From: Tepidisphaera sp. | Lineage (GTDB): Bacteria > Planctomycetota > Phycisphaerae > Phycisphaerales > UBA1924 | Direction: 5' to 3' | Length of the DNA: 64,000 nt | Assembly (NCBI GenBank): GCA_050916045.1 | Contig: CP051526.1 | Span: 2,944,001-3,008,000, forward strand | The notes under the pieces: generated by a model | What the model was told of the DNA's origin: nothing | The model's database searches: none | What the model saw: only the letters and a program-made list of their open reading frames with translations | Position numbers and translations under genes: made by a program | Part shown: positions 20,247-30,563 of the stretch, one piece after another | Layout: each line of letters begins with the position of its first letter | Numbering within the stretch: the first letter of the stretch is position 1

Positions 20247-20852
20247 GAGCATCCTCCAACCGCCCGGCCTTACGGCCAGGGTCCTGTTCCAACCTTCAAT
20301 TTTGGCGAGACGGCTCGACAACTGAGCGTTCGCCGCTCCCGGTTCCAAACACGAATGACTCGATCGACGCAACCCGGAAAGCGAGAGACCGCGCCGGGCG
20401 GCCATGAACTGGCCTGTGCACTATACGACATTTCGTGCGTTCGGATCCACGAGGATGCGTTTTCGCTCAATTTCGCGCGAAGAAACGTCTCATTTCTTCC
20501 GGGGCGGGCTCTCGGACGCGGCCACGTTTGTGCTTTGTTTGCATCGTTTCCGCCCGGGTTGCGGACATTGGAACCCTGCGGCCGCGGTGACGTATGAACT
20601 CTGGTCGGGGTTTGACGCGTCATCCTTCCGCATGCCACCGCTGTTTCGGGCCGATGCTCATGCGGCGGGCCGTCTCTCGGTTCCGCGTACGGTGGGCACC
20701 GCGGATCGGTGCCGCGGCCTTCGGCTATGGTGGTGCGGCGTGACGGAGAAGCGTCGCGGGTTGACATTTGACCTTGGACCGGTGAACCTTCACCCCGACG
20801 AGCGACGAACAGACGGCGTGGGCGATGTGCAAGCACGGATGCGAAGGACCTG

Positions 20853-22229
20853 ATGGGCGACAGTTTGAAAAAACCCGACCTTTCGGAGACCTCCCCGGTC
20901 AGCAAAGCGGACACCGCGCCGATCGGGCCGCCGCCGGATCCCGCACCCAGCCTCGCGGCCGTCGAAGAAGCACTCTCCGACGCCGCCAAAGGCGGCACCA
21001 ACGTCGACACGCTCGTCGGTCGCCTCGTTGTTGACCAGGGGCTCGCCACGCCCGAGGAAGTGCAGCACGCGCTCGAGCAGGCCAAGCAGGCCCGCGAGGA
21101 TCAGAACCAGAGGTCCCTCGTCCAGATCCTCCTCGACAACGCGTACGTCACGCAGCGGCAGATGGCCCGCCTCAAGCAGGCTCTCGAAGCCGACCGGTCC
21201 AACCAGAAGATTCCCGGGTACAAGATCATCCGCAAGCTGGGCGCGGGCGCGATGGCGACGGTCTGGCTTGGCAAGCAGCTCAGCCTCGACCGCGAGGTCG
21301 CGATCAAGGTCCTGCCGCGGAAGTTCACGACCAACCCGCAGTTCGTGGAGCGGTTCTACGCCGAGGGGCGTGCGGCGGCGCAGCTGAACCACCCGAACAT
21401 CGTGCAGGCTTTCGACGTCGGCAACGCCGGCGAGTACCACTACTTCGTGATGGAGTACGTGAACGGCCGGACGGTGCACGACGACATCGTCAAGCACCGC
21501 AAGTACATGGAGAAGGATGCGATCGACATCACGATCCAGGTCGCCGAAGCCCTGCTCCACGCCCACGAACGCGGGCTCATCCACCGCGACGTCAAGCCCA
21601 AGAACGTGATGATCACCCGCGAGGGCGTCGTCAAGCTCGCCGACATGGGCCTGGCGCGCGCGATCTCCGACAAGGAAGCGGCGGAAGCGGAAGAGGGCAA
21701 GGCTTTCGGTACCCCCTACTACATCAGCCCCGAGCAGATCCGCGGCGAGAAGAAGATCGGCCCCCCCGCCGACATTTACTCCCTGGGCGCCACCCTCTAC
21801 CACATGGTCGTCGGCGCGGTCCCCTTTGACGGCAAGAACCCCTCCGCCGTGATGCACAAGCATCTCAAGGACCCGCTGATCGCCCCCGACCACGTCAACC
21901 CCAAGCTTTCCGCAGGGATCTCCGAGGTCATCGAAATGATGATGGCCAAGGACCCCAAAGCCCGGTACCAGACCTGCAAGGACCTCCTCTCGGACCTCCG
22001 GATGGTCAAGGACGCCAAGCGGCCGCCGCTGGCCCACAAGGATGTCTTCTCCTCAGGCACCCTCCAGCAGCTTTCGCAGGCCCAGGCGACCGCCGAGGTG
22101 GCGGAGCTCCCGGTGGACCAAAGCCGCAGCGAGCCGATGGTCCGCCAGTGGCTCGCGATCGTGCTGGGCGTGCTGCTTCTGATCAGCGTGGTGGTCAACA
22201 TCTACCAGGCGGTCCGGGCGACGGACTAA
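20853..22229 (+). CDS. Hanks-type serine/threonine protein kinase with C-terminal TM helix
   Basis: LGAGAMATV, VAIKVL, HPNIV, IHRDVKPKN, LADMGLAR, GTPYYISPEQ, DIYSLGATLY. Confidence 0.96.
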   Translation: MGDSLKKPDLSETSPVSKADTAPIGPPPDPAPSLAAVEEALSDAAKGGTNVDTLVGRLVVDQGLATPEEVQHALEQAKQAREDQNQRSLVQILLDNAYVTQRQMARLKQALEADRSNQKIPGYKIIRKLGAGAMATVWLGKQLSLDREVAIKVLPRKFTTNPQFVERFYAEGRAAAQLNHPNIVQAFDVGNAGEYHYFVMEYVNGRTVHDDIVKHRKYMEKDAIDITIQVAEALLHAHERGLIHRDVKPKNVMITREGVVKLADMGLARAISDKEAAEAEEGKAFGTPYYISPEQIRGEKKIGPPADIYSLGATLYHMVVGAVPFDGKNPSAVMHKHLKDPLIAPDHVNPKLSAGISEVIEMMMAKDPKARYQTCKDLLSDLRMVKDAKRPPLAHKDVFSSGTLQQLSQAQATAEVAELPVDQSRSEPMVRQWLAIVLGVLLLISVVVNIYQAVRATD

Positions 22230-22300
22230 GCGGGCCGGCGGGCCTCGGGCATCGCTGGGGGAAATGAAGGACAAGATAACTCGGTGACGACCCCCCGGGC

Positions 22301-22310
22301 GTGGTAGAAT
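22301..22310 (+). promoter_or_regulatory. putative extended -10 promoter element for infC
   Basis: TGGTAGAAT about 80 nt upstream of the infC start. Confidence 0.4.
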
Positions 22311-22390
22311 GGGGGGACCCCCCACCTGCATCCATCCCGGATGCGTGGCTTTGGGGGCGCTGACCCAATCGCGACACAAGGAGTCCACCC

Positions 22391-23089
22391 ATCGCGTTCG
22401 ACAGGTTCAACCGTGACAGCCCGCCCCAGCGCACGCGGCGCAACGCTCAGATCCGCATCACTCCCATCCGCGTCGTCGGCCCCGACAACGAACAGATCGG
22501 CGTGCTTGAGACCTCCGAAGCCTTGAAGATGGCGATGGAGCGCGGGCTCGACCTCGTCGAGGTCAACCCGGAACAGCGCCCCCCCATCTGCAAGATCATG
22601 GACTACGGAAAGTTCAAGTACGAACTTTCCAAGAAGGAAGCCAAGCAGCGCGCGGGGTCCAAAGCCGCTGAAATGAAGGAAATCCGCCTCGGGCGGTCGG
22701 TGAAGATCGACAAGCACGACGTGCAGATCCGCGTGGATCAGGCCCGACGGTTCCTGATGGCCGGGCACAAGGTCATGGTGACGCAGAAGTTCAAGGGCCG
22801 CGAGATCGCCCACCGCGACATCGGCCTGGCGAACCTCCGCTTTGTCGCTGACGCGCTCCTTGATATCTGCAAGATCGAGCAGACGCCCCGCTGGTTCGGC
22901 AAGCAGGCGAGCATCATCGTCGCGCCCGACAAGGTGAAGGTCGACGCCGTCAAACGCAAGCTCGAGAAGGAACGGGCCGCGGCGCTCGCACGCGGCGAGA
23001 AGGTCGCAGAAGAGAAGACCATCGAGCAGCTCGAAGCCGAGGTCGCCGAAGCCAACAAGGCCGAGGAAGTCGGCGGCGAAGAGGATTGA
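22391..23089 (+). CDS. infC: translation initiation factor IF-3 with non-canonical ATC start
   Basis: AAGGAG at 22379-22384 then in-frame ATC at 22391; RRNAQIRITPIRVVGPDNEQIG, LDLVEVNP..RPPICKIMDYGKFKYE, KEIRL, KFKGRE. Confidence 0.92.
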   Translation: MAFDRFNRDSPPQRTRRNAQIRITPIRVVGPDNEQIGVLETSEALKMAMERGLDLVEVNPEQRPPICKIMDYGKFKYELSKKEAKQRAGSKAAEMKEIRLGRSVKIDKHDVQIRVDQARRFLMAGHKVMVTQKFKGREIAHRDIGLANLRFVADALLDICKIEQTPRWFGKQASIIVAPDKVKVDAVKRKLEKERAAALARGEKVAEEKTIEQLEAEVAEANKAEEVGGEED

Positions 23090-23123
23090 TCCTCGCCCGC
23101 GGCTGAATTCATGAGATGATCCC

Positions 23124-23159
23124 AGCGGTCCCGCCCCTCGGCGGGACCGTTTTTCGTTT
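23124..23159 (+). terminator. intrinsic terminator of infC
   Basis: stem GCGGTCCCGCC/GGCGGGACCGT followed by TTTTCGTTT. Confidence 0.85.
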
Positions 23160-23187
23160 GGCACCGGGCACGCAAAGCCGAGCGACG

Positions 23188-23219
23188 AAAAAGCCCCCGG
23201 CCTTGCGACCGGGGGCTTT
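23188..23219 (-). terminator. intrinsic terminator (possibly bidirectional)
   Basis: AAAAAGCCCCCGG-loop-CCGGGGGCTTT. Confidence 0.8.
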
Positions 23220-23255
23220 GTGCGTCAGACTGCAATTCTCGAGGAGATCCGTGCT

Positions 23256-24119
23256 TTAGCAGCCGGTCCCGTTCTCGAAGGCCTGGACGAATTCATCGTA
23301 ATCGAAGAAGTCCAGGAAGCTGTCGCCGTTGAAGTCGGCCGCACAGCCGCCGCCCGAGACGGGGACGTCGGCCTGAATGCCCATGACCATCGCGCCGCGG
23401 CCGGGGTAGGCGAAGGAGCGGGCTTCCGCCGCTTCGAGGATCGTGTCGGCGTCAACGTCGCGCCAGGTGTTGATGTCCGAAGCGCCGGTGATGTTGCTGG
23501 CGAAGGTGGTGATGTCGTTGGACGCGTCGTACACGATCTGGACCGAGCCCGAGGGCATGAGGTCCGTCGTGCCCGGCTGGAGGTAGCGGACGAGCACGAA
23601 CGTGCCCGCGTCGGGAAGCGTGATGCCGCCGCCGGCGAGGCCGGAGAGGTCGATCGTGTCCGTCACGAACGCGCCGCCGTTGGGCAGGTTCGCGATCCCG
23701 ACGACGAACCCGTCGATCAGGGTGGTGTGAACCGGGCTGCCCGCGGGGGCCGCGACGTCCACCGCGTCCCAGAACGTGACTTCGATATCGAAGTCAACCG
23801 GCTCGGTGACGCTGAAGCTCACGTACATCCCGTTGGCGACCAGCGGGAACGTGGCGCCCGAACCCGGACCGGGGATCAGCGAGGCGTCGTCCAGGAGCTG
23901 GAGCGGGAGCGCCGTGTTCGTGAACACCGCGTTGTCGAGGTCGCGGACCTCGTACACGAACGCGTTGGCCCGGTTGCCGAACTCCACCGTCGGCATGCTC
24001 AGGCAGGAAGCCGGAACGCGCTGAAGCGAGCCGGCGGGGACAAGGGTGTCCTCGGCGGCGATCGCCGGGGCCGCCAGGCAGAGCCCGGCCAGGATGGACA
24101 GACGGAACGCATTCTTCAT
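23256..24119 (-). CDS. secreted protein with a single GC-type dockerin-like C-terminal repeat
   Basis: AAGGAG RBS; signal peptide; ends CAADFNGDSFLDFFDYDEFVQAFENGTGC. Confidence 0.85.
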   Translation of the reverse strand: MKNAFRLSILAGLCLAAPAIAAEDTLVPAGSLQRVPASCLSMPTVEFGNRANAFVYEVRDLDNAVFTNTALPLQLLDDASLIPGPGSGATFPLVANGMYVSFSVTEPVDFDIEVTFWDAVDVAAPAGSPVHTTLIDGFVVGIANLPNGGAFVTDTIDLSGLAGGGITLPDAGTFVLVRYLQPGTTDLMPSGSVQIVYDASNDITTFASNITGASDINTWRDVDADTILEAAEARSFAYPGRGAMVMGIQADVPVSGGGCAADFNGDSFLDFFDYDEFVQAFENGTGC

Positions 24120-24388
24120 AACCCTAACTCCTTGTTCGGCCGCGGCAGAAAGCCGCGTCGACCCTCGACGAGATCCGTTTGCGGACTGCCGCTCCTCGGC
24201 ACCGGCCGCGTGAACGCTTTGAGGACGCTCGGACGACGTTGTACGGATGCGCTCGCTCCGGGTTTCGGGCAGGATATCCGGATGAATCCTGCATGCAAAG
24301 ATTTTTATGTCCTGCCCGCCCGGGCCGCACCCGATTTCGACTTACCGGTACACTGCCGGCCCATCCACGGGATGGCCGGAGGCTTTTC

Positions 24389-27300
24389 ATGCGCACGTCG
24401 GTCCTCGTTCCCGCTCGTTTCAATCTGTCCCTGATGTTGCTGGCCGGGCTCGCGATTGCACCCGCGGCCGCCACGGCCCAGGACGTGCCGATCACCCAGG
24501 GCTACTACCGCCAGCCGGCCCTCCACCGCGACACGGTGGTCTTCATCGCGGAGGGCGACCTGTGGAAAGTACCGGCTTCTGGCGGCGCGGCGACTCGCTT
24601 GACCACCCATTTGGGTGATGAGTTCGCCCCGCAGATCTCCCCCGACGGCAAGTGGCTCGCGTTCTGCGCTGAGTACGAAGGGCCGGCCGAGGTGTACGTG
24701 ATGCCGATGGAGGGCGGGATGCCAGCGCGGCTCACCTTTGAGGGTGCGGGCCGGGTGAGCACCCGGGGCTGGACAGCCGACGGCAAGGTCATCTACTCGA
24801 CCGACCGGTTCTCGACGCTGCCCAACTCTCAGCTTGCGACGATCGACCCGGCGACCCGGACCAGGACGATGGTCCCGCTCGCGCAGGCGTTCGATGGCGC
24901 GTTCGGCGAGGGCGGCAGGCTCTTCTTCGTGCGCATCCCCTTCAACGGAAGCCACACCAAGAGGTACAAGGGCGGCACCATCGAACAGGTCTGGTCGTGG
25001 TCCGGCAAGGATGGGGAGGAAGCCATCAACCTCACCGGCGACTTCGAGGGTACCTCGCGCCGCCCGATGCTCTGGAACGGCCGCGTCCACTTCGCGTCCG
25101 ACCGCGACGGGTACATGAACATCTGGTCCGTCACGCCCGACGGCAAGGACCTCAAGCAGCACTCGAAGAACACGAACTTCGACATGGCGGGCACGAACAT
25201 CGACGCCGCAGGCAGCGGGCGCATCGTCTACCAGCTCGGTCCGGACCTGCGGCTCCACGACCTCGCCGCCAACACCGACACCACGATCAACATCACGCTC
25301 CCGAGCGACTTCGACCAGCTCCGCGAGAAGTGGATCACCAAGCCCGTCGACTGGGTGACGGCGGCTTCCCTCTCGCCCGACGGCGACCGCGTGGTCTTGA
25401 CCGCTCGCGGCGAGATCGTCGTCGCCCCCGCTCGTCAGGGCCGCTTGGTGGAAGCGACGCGCAAGCCCGGCGTCCGCTACCGCAACGCGACCTTCAGCAG
25501 CGACGGCTTGTCCGTGATCGCCCTCTCCGATCAGTCCGGCGAGGTCGAGGTGTGGAAGCTCCCCGCCAACGGGATCGGCGAAGCCGAGCAGCTGACGACC
25601 GGGGCTGACGTGCTCCGCTGGTCGGCGCAGATGAGCCCCGACGGCAAGTCGATCGCGCACAACGACAAGAACCACAAGCTCTGGATCTACGACGTCGCGA
25701 CCAAGCAGAGCGTGCTCGTCGAGCAGAACCTCGTCGACCAGATCGAATCGTTCACGTGGTCGAAGGACGGCCGCTGGCTGGCGTACGTCGCGGCCGCGAA
25801 CAACGCTTTCCCGCAGATCAAGATCTACTCGCTGGATTCCAAGACTTCGACGGTGGTGACGACCGACCGGTTCGCGAGCTATTCGCCCGCGTGGAGCCCG
25901 GACGGCAACTGGCTTTACTTCCTGTCGGACCGCGAGCTTGAGACTCTGGTGCCAAGCCCGTGGGGCCAGAACCAGCCGGACCCGTTCCTGGACAAGACGA
26001 CGAAGATCTTCGCGGTCGCGCTCAAGCCGGGCGTGCGCTGGCCGTACCTGCCGAAGGATGAGCTCGAAGCCGCCAAGGACAAGAAGAAGGACGAAAAGAA
26101 AGAAGAGAAGAAGGAAGAACCCAAGAAGGAAGAGAAGCACGCCGACGCGAAAGCCGAAGCCAAACCCGACCAGCCGAAGACGGACGAAGCTAAAAAGGAC
26201 GAGCCCAAGAAGGACGAGCCGAAGAAAGACGAGGCAAAGAAGGACGAACCCAAAAAGGTCGAGATCGTCCTCGAAGGCATCCGCGAGCGCCTCTACGAGG
26301 TCCCCGTCGCCAAGGGCAATTACGGCAACCTGAACGTCACGGACAAAGCTCTCTTCTTCACGTCGCGCGACACCGACCCCTCCTCGCCGACGAACCTGCA
26401 GAGCTTCCCGATCACCAACGACAGCCCCGAGCAGAAGACCGTCGTCGACGCGATCAACGGGTACCAGTTCTCGCAGGACGGCAAGAAGATCCTCGTCCGC
26501 AAGGGCGACACCTACTCGATCATCGACGCCAACCCCGGCAAAGCCGACCTCGAGAAGAAGAACGTCGACCTTTCCGGCTGGCGTCTGAGTTTGCCCCCGC
26601 GTGAAGAGTTCCGCCAGATGTACACCGAGTCGTGGCGTCTCCTCCGCGACTACTTCTACGACCCCGGGATGCACGGCGTGAACTGGAAAGCCATGCACGA
26701 CAAGTACCTGCCGTGGGTCGAGCGTGTCCGGGCCCGGGCCGAGCTTTCCGACATCATGACGCACCTGACGGGCGAGCTTTCGGCCCTGCACCACTTCGTT
26801 CGCGACGGCGACACGCGCGAGGGGACTGATCAGATCCCGCTCTCCTCCCTCGGCTGCGTGCTCACACGCGATGATGCGAAGGGCGGGTACGTCATCTCCG
26901 ACATCTACGAGAACGATCCGGACGAGCCGAGCATGACCGCTCCCATCGCCCGCCCGCATGTCGCCGGCAAGGAAGGCGACGTCATCGAGATGATCGACGG
27001 CGTGCCGGTGCTGACCGTGCAGGATCCGGCGGCTCTGCTTCGGGCCAAAGCCGGCAGGCAGGTCCTCATCCGGATCAAGCCCGCGGCCGGGGGAGACTCA
27101 CGCGATGCGATCGTGACGCCGATCTCTCTCGGCGCCGAGAGCGACCTGCGGTACCACAGCTGGGAGTACACCCGCCGCCTCAAGGTCGAGGAATGGAGCA
27201 AGAACCAGATCGGCTACCTGCACCTGCGAGCGATGGGCGGGAGCGATTTCACGAACTTCGTCAAGGGGTACTACCCCGTCTTTGACCGCCAGGGCCTCAT

Positions 27301-27820
27301 CATCGACGTCCGCAACAACCGCGGCGGCAACATCGACAGCTGGATCCTGTCCAAGCTCATGCGCAAAGCGTGGATGACCTGGAGCCAGCGCGTCGGCCAG
27401 GCCCCCAACTGGAACATGCAGTACGCGTTCCGAGGGCACATGATCCTGCTCTGCAACGAGCGGACGGCCAGCGACGGCGAAGCGATCGCCGACGGCTTCC
27501 GCCGCTTGGGCCTGGGCAAGGTCCTGGGCACGCGGACGTGGGGCGGAGAGATCTGGCTCACGTCGAGCAACACGCTGGTGGATCGCGGGATCGCGACCGC
27601 GGGTGAGTTCGGCGTCTGGGGCCCCGAGGGCACGTGGCTGATCGAGGGCCGCGGCGTCGAGCCCGACATTATCGTCGACAACCCGCCGCACGCGACGTTC
27701 AAGGGCGAGGATGCGCAGCTCCGTGCCGCGGTCGACTATCTCCAGAAGCTCATCGCCGAGAAACCGATCCCGCCGGTCGAGCGTCCGGCGTACCCGGACA
27801 AGAGCTTCAAGAACAAGTAG
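24389..27820 (+). CDS. tricorn protease homolog (S41 family, PD40 propellers plus PDZ)
   Basis: YYRQPAL, AEGDLW, KRYKGG, SPDG repeats, IGYLHLRAMG, LIIDVRNNRGG, catalytic TASDGE, GTRTWGG, IEGRGVEPDI, D.QL. Confidence 0.95.
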   Translation: MRTSVLVPARFNLSLMLLAGLAIAPAAATAQDVPITQGYYRQPALHRDTVVFIAEGDLWKVPASGGAATRLTTHLGDEFAPQISPDGKWLAFCAEYEGPAEVYVMPMEGGMPARLTFEGAGRVSTRGWTADGKVIYSTDRFSTLPNSQLATIDPATRTRTMVPLAQAFDGAFGEGGRLFFVRIPFNGSHTKRYKGGTIEQVWSWSGKDGEEAINLTGDFEGTSRRPMLWNGRVHFASDRDGYMNIWSVTPDGKDLKQHSKNTNFDMAGTNIDAAGSGRIVYQLGPDLRLHDLAANTDTTINITLPSDFDQLREKWITKPVDWVTAASLSPDGDRVVLTARGEIVVAPARQGRLVEATRKPGVRYRNATFSSDGLSVIALSDQSGEVEVWKLPANGIGEAEQLTTGADVLRWSAQMSPDGKSIAHNDKNHKLWIYDVATKQSVLVEQNLVDQIESFTWSKDGRWLAYVAAANNAFPQIKIYSLDSKTSTVVTTDRFASYSPAWSPDGNWLYFLSDRELETLVPSPWGQNQPDPFLDKTTKIFAVALKPGVRWPYLPKDELEAAKDKKKDEKKEEKKEEPKKEEKHADAKAEAKPDQPKTDEAKKDEPKKDEPKKDEAKKDEPKKVEIVLEGIRERLYEVPVAKGNYGNLNVTDKALFFTSRDTDPSSPTNLQSFPITNDSPEQKTVVDAINGYQFSQDGKKILVRKGDTYSIIDANPGKADLEKKNVDLSGWRLSLPPREEFRQMYTESWRLLRDYFYDPGMHGVNWKAMHDKYLPWVERVRARAELSDIMTHLTGELSALHHFVRDGDTREGTDQIPLSSLGCVLTRDDAKGGYVISDIYENDPDEPSMTAPIARPHVAGKEGDVIEMIDGVPVLTVQDPAALLRAKAGRQVLIRIKPAAGGDSRDAIVTPISLGAESDLRYHSWEYTRRLKVEEWSKNQIGYLHLRAMGGSDFTNFVKGYYPVFDRQGLIIDVRNNRGGNIDSWILSKLMRKAWMTWSQRVGQAPNWNMQYAFRGHMILLCNERTASDGEAIADGFRRLGLGKVLGTRTWGGEIWLTSSNTLVDRGIATAGEFGVWGPEGTWLIEGRGVEPDIIVDNPPHATFKGEDAQLRAAVDYLQKLIAEKPIPPVERPAYPDKSFKNK
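26072..26256 (+). repeat. Lys/Glu/Asp-rich coding repeat (KKDEP/KKEE) in a tricorn linker
   Basis: KKDEKKEEKKEEPKKEE...KKDEPKKDEPKKDEAKKDEPKK. Confidence 0.8.
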
Positions 27821-27851
27821 CCGCCCGCGCGGCCGTCAGGAAGGAACTCCG

Positions 27852-28982
27852 ATGTCAATCCTGCGCCTCAGCGCCGACCGGGACGAGATGTACGCGCCCG
27901 ACTCTGACGGTACGTTCATCGCCGGCCCCTACGACCCCAAACGCCACGTCGGCGCGCTCGGCGAGTCCCCATCCAAAGGGGGCGTCTACACCATGAAGCC
28001 CCCGGCCGGACTCGCCAAGCACCTCCAAGCCGTGCTGCCCGGCAAGATCTCGGCCCTCCCTGCGAGCAAGCCCGTGGTCATCATGGTCCATGGGTTCCTC
28101 TTCAACCCCTTCGAGGCGCTCCTCACCAAGCGCTCAGAGTGCGACAACCCGCACTTCAGGGTCTTCCATTTCGACGATGTGGACCCGATCGAGGACAACG
28201 AGTGCCACTTCACCCCCTGGCCGAAGCGACTGGGGTTCCTGGGCCAGGACCAAGGCGCGGACGGGCTCGCCGTGGGGTTCGGCTGGCTTTCGAACCCCGG
28301 GTTCGCGAAGTCGATGCTGGACGGCTTCAAAAACTTCTACTCGCGTGCTTACGACTACGCGACGGAGGTCGCGTGGCTCCTGGTGCACACGATCGACCAG
28401 TTGCACACCGCGCTCGCGGCCGAGGGCAAAGGACGCAAGATCGACCTCTTCTGCCACTCGCTGGGGTCGCGGGTCGTGATCCACGCGATCAAGCTCGCCG
28501 CCCGCCGCAACATGGAGCACGTCCTCAAGCAGCTCGACCGGGTCATCATCCTCGGCGGCGCCGAGTATGTCCGCGACGCGCAGGAGATGTTCCACGAGGT
28601 GCTGAGGCTCTGCCCCAAGCCCGCGGACGGACCCCGGTTCTACAACGTCGGCTGCCGCGAGAATGACGTGCTCGATCTCCTGGGCGAGAACTTCGGCCCC
28701 CGCGGGTTCGGCATGCACGATGTGGTCGGCCACGACGGCCTTGGCTTCTCCGAAACCGGCAACCGCTGGATCGATCTGCAGATCGACAGCCCCAAGCTCG
28801 CGGACTGGGCCAAGAAGAAGTTCAAGTGGACCCTCATGGGCGATGGGCCCCGCGTGTGGGATCACTGGTACTACTACACGCACGAGCCGAACTGTCGCCT
28901 CTACAAAGCAGTCCTGCGGCAGCGGGCCGCGTGGGACATCAAAGCTCTGATCGATGCCGGGATCCCCACCGGTATCCAATAA
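27852..28982 (+). CDS. alpha/beta hydrolase (DUF900-like)
   Basis: VIMVHGF, nucleophile elbow CHSLGSRV, NDVL, WDHWYY; AGGAAGG RBS. Confidence 0.8.
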   Translation: MSILRLSADRDEMYAPDSDGTFIAGPYDPKRHVGALGESPSKGGVYTMKPPAGLAKHLQAVLPGKISALPASKPVVIMVHGFLFNPFEALLTKRSECDNPHFRVFHFDDVDPIEDNECHFTPWPKRLGFLGQDQGADGLAVGFGWLSNPGFAKSMLDGFKNFYSRAYDYATEVAWLLVHTIDQLHTALAAEGKGRKIDLFCHSLGSRVVIHAIKLAARRNMEHVLKQLDRVIILGGAEYVRDAQEMFHEVLRLCPKPADGPRFYNVGCRENDVLDLLGENFGPRGFGMHDVVGHDGLGFSETGNRWIDLQIDSPKLADWAKKKFKWTLMGDGPRVWDHWYYYTHEPNCRLYKAVLRQRAAWDIKALIDAGIPTGIQ

Positions 28983-29114
28983 CGTCTGGAACGCGTTTCA
29001 TTTTGCGGGCGAAATCACGGTTTGGTTCTTTTCGCGGATCTGGTCGCATCTGGCGCTCGTTCCTACAGTTGCGGGTCCCCCACTTTCACGGGCGGGCCAT
29101 GGAAACCGCAGCAC

Positions 29115-30299
29115 ATGACGACCATCGCCAAAGACATGCACGGGGCCGGCTCTTTCAGCCATCCCGAGAACACTTCCCGCCCGAAGAACGCCCCGCGCCA
29201 GAGCGATTCGCTCCCCGACGCGACCTTGGTGAAGTGGCTCCGCGACATGATGCTCATCCGCGAGTTCGAGATGCGGTGCGCCCAGTCGTACCAGCAGGCC
29301 AAGATCGGCGGTTTCTGCCACCTCTACACGGGGCAGGAAGCCGTCGCCGTCGGCACCATCAACTCCCTCAACCACGATGACCCGATCGTCACTGCCTACC
29401 GCGACCACGGCCACGCTCTCGCCCGCGGCATGAGCCCCGAAGCGTGCATGGCCGAGATGTACGGCAAGATCACCGGCTGCGCCAAGGGCAAGGGCGGCTC
29501 GATGCACATGTTCGATCGCCCCAACTGGCTCTTCGGCGGCCACGGCATCGTCGGCGCCCAGACCCCACTGGGCACGGGCCTCGCGTTCGCCGCCCGCTAC
29601 GAGTGGGAAGTCCTCGGCACCAGCGTCGACGGCGGCCCGGCGAAGAAGAAGGTCGCTCTGGCGTTCCTCGGCGACGGTGCGCTCAACCAGGGTGCACTCC
29701 ACGAAGCGATGAACCTCGCTGGCCTCTACGACATCCCCGTCATTTACGTCGTCGAGAACAACGGCTACTCCATGGGCACCGCCATTGAACGCGGCACCAC
29801 CATGGCCCACGACCTTCGAGCCAAAGCGGCCGCGTACGGCATGCGCGGCGAGATCATCGACGGCTTCAGCGTCATCGACCTCTACGACCACTTCAAGGAA
29901 GTCGTCGACTACTGCCGCAATGAGCAGAAGCCCGCGTTCGTCGACCTCAAGACCTACCGCTACCTCGGCCACTCGATGTCCGACCCCCAGAAGTACCGCA
30001 CCAAGGAAGAGGTCGAAGCCTTCAAGCAGAAGGACTCGATCGACCACCTCGCCGCGTACCTCATGAACGCCGACACCCCCCGCGCCAAGAAGAAGGGCGG
30101 CCCCGTCCTCACCGAAGCCGAGTACCAGGCGATCCAGGCCGAGGTGAACGAAGCCGTCAAGCGCGGCGTCGACCACGCCGAAGCCGCCGAGGTCCCCGAC
30201 CCGGCCACCGAGCTTTACGCCGACGTCTTCCTCAACCCCCAGCCGAACCTCTCCCCCACCGCGGACTACGTCCACGGCGTGCGGAACCCGATGATCTGA
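29115..30299 (+). CDS. pdhA: pyruvate dehydrogenase E1 alpha subunit (TIGR03182-like)
   Basis: IGGFCHLYTGQEA, TAYRDHG, KGKGGSMHMF, TPP motif GDGALNQG..HE..N..ENN, TYRYLGHSMSDPQKYR. Confidence 0.95.
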   Translation: MTTIAKDMHGAGSFSHPENTSRPKNAPRQSDSLPDATLVKWLRDMMLIREFEMRCAQSYQQAKIGGFCHLYTGQEAVAVGTINSLNHDDPIVTAYRDHGHALARGMSPEACMAEMYGKITGCAKGKGGSMHMFDRPNWLFGGHGIVGAQTPLGTGLAFAARYEWEVLGTSVDGGPAKKKVALAFLGDGALNQGALHEAMNLAGLYDIPVIYVVENNGYSMGTAIERGTTMAHDLRAKAAAYGMRGEIIDGFSVIDLYDHFKEVVDYCRNEQKPAFVDLKTYRYLGHSMSDPQKYRTKEEVEAFKQKDSIDHLAAYLMNADTPRAKKKGGPVLTEAEYQAIQAEVNEAVKRGVDHAEAAEVPDPATELYADVFLNPQPNLSPTADYVHGVRNPMI

Positions 30300-30563
30300 A
30301 CTTGGGCGGTCGATGGCTGTCGCTAAACCGACACTATCACCCATTTAGGGTGAAGCTATTCCTCTGGTCGAACATGTTGGGACGTCCGGCCCGACCGGAC
30401 GTCTCCGAACATGAAGTTTGTCTTCGGAATCTGGTTGCGGGACGGTGGCCATCTGGTATGCTGAGGTACCTGGGAAACTTCCCGGGAGTTCCCGTTGGCC
30501 GATTGGCCCGCGGTGGTCGTTGTTGGTCGTGTGTCCATTGAAGACGTGACAGGAAGGAAGCCC

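Noticed and set aside
20253..20852. Riboswitch or small gene in the 600-bp divergent intergenic region
   Set aside because: No recognisable aptamer consensus or credible ORF by eye; most likely divergent promoters (TTGACA at 20761)
22341..22526. Frameshifted or split infC (ORF 22341..22526 plus ORF 22502..23089)
   Set aside because: The IF-3 N-terminus is continuous in the 22502 frame from the ATC at 22391, so no frameshift is needed
23165..23180. c-di-GMP-I riboswitch fragment (GCACGCAAAGCC)
   Set aside because: It lies between two terminators downstream of convergent genes and lacks the GGCAAA/GNRA stem
24305..26959. Long antisense ORFs (also 2072..3109, 38302..40389, 43996..45774, 45911..48157, 49102..51276, 61475..63292)
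   Set aside because: They are stop-poor shadows of well-supported genes on the opposite strand in high-GC DNA
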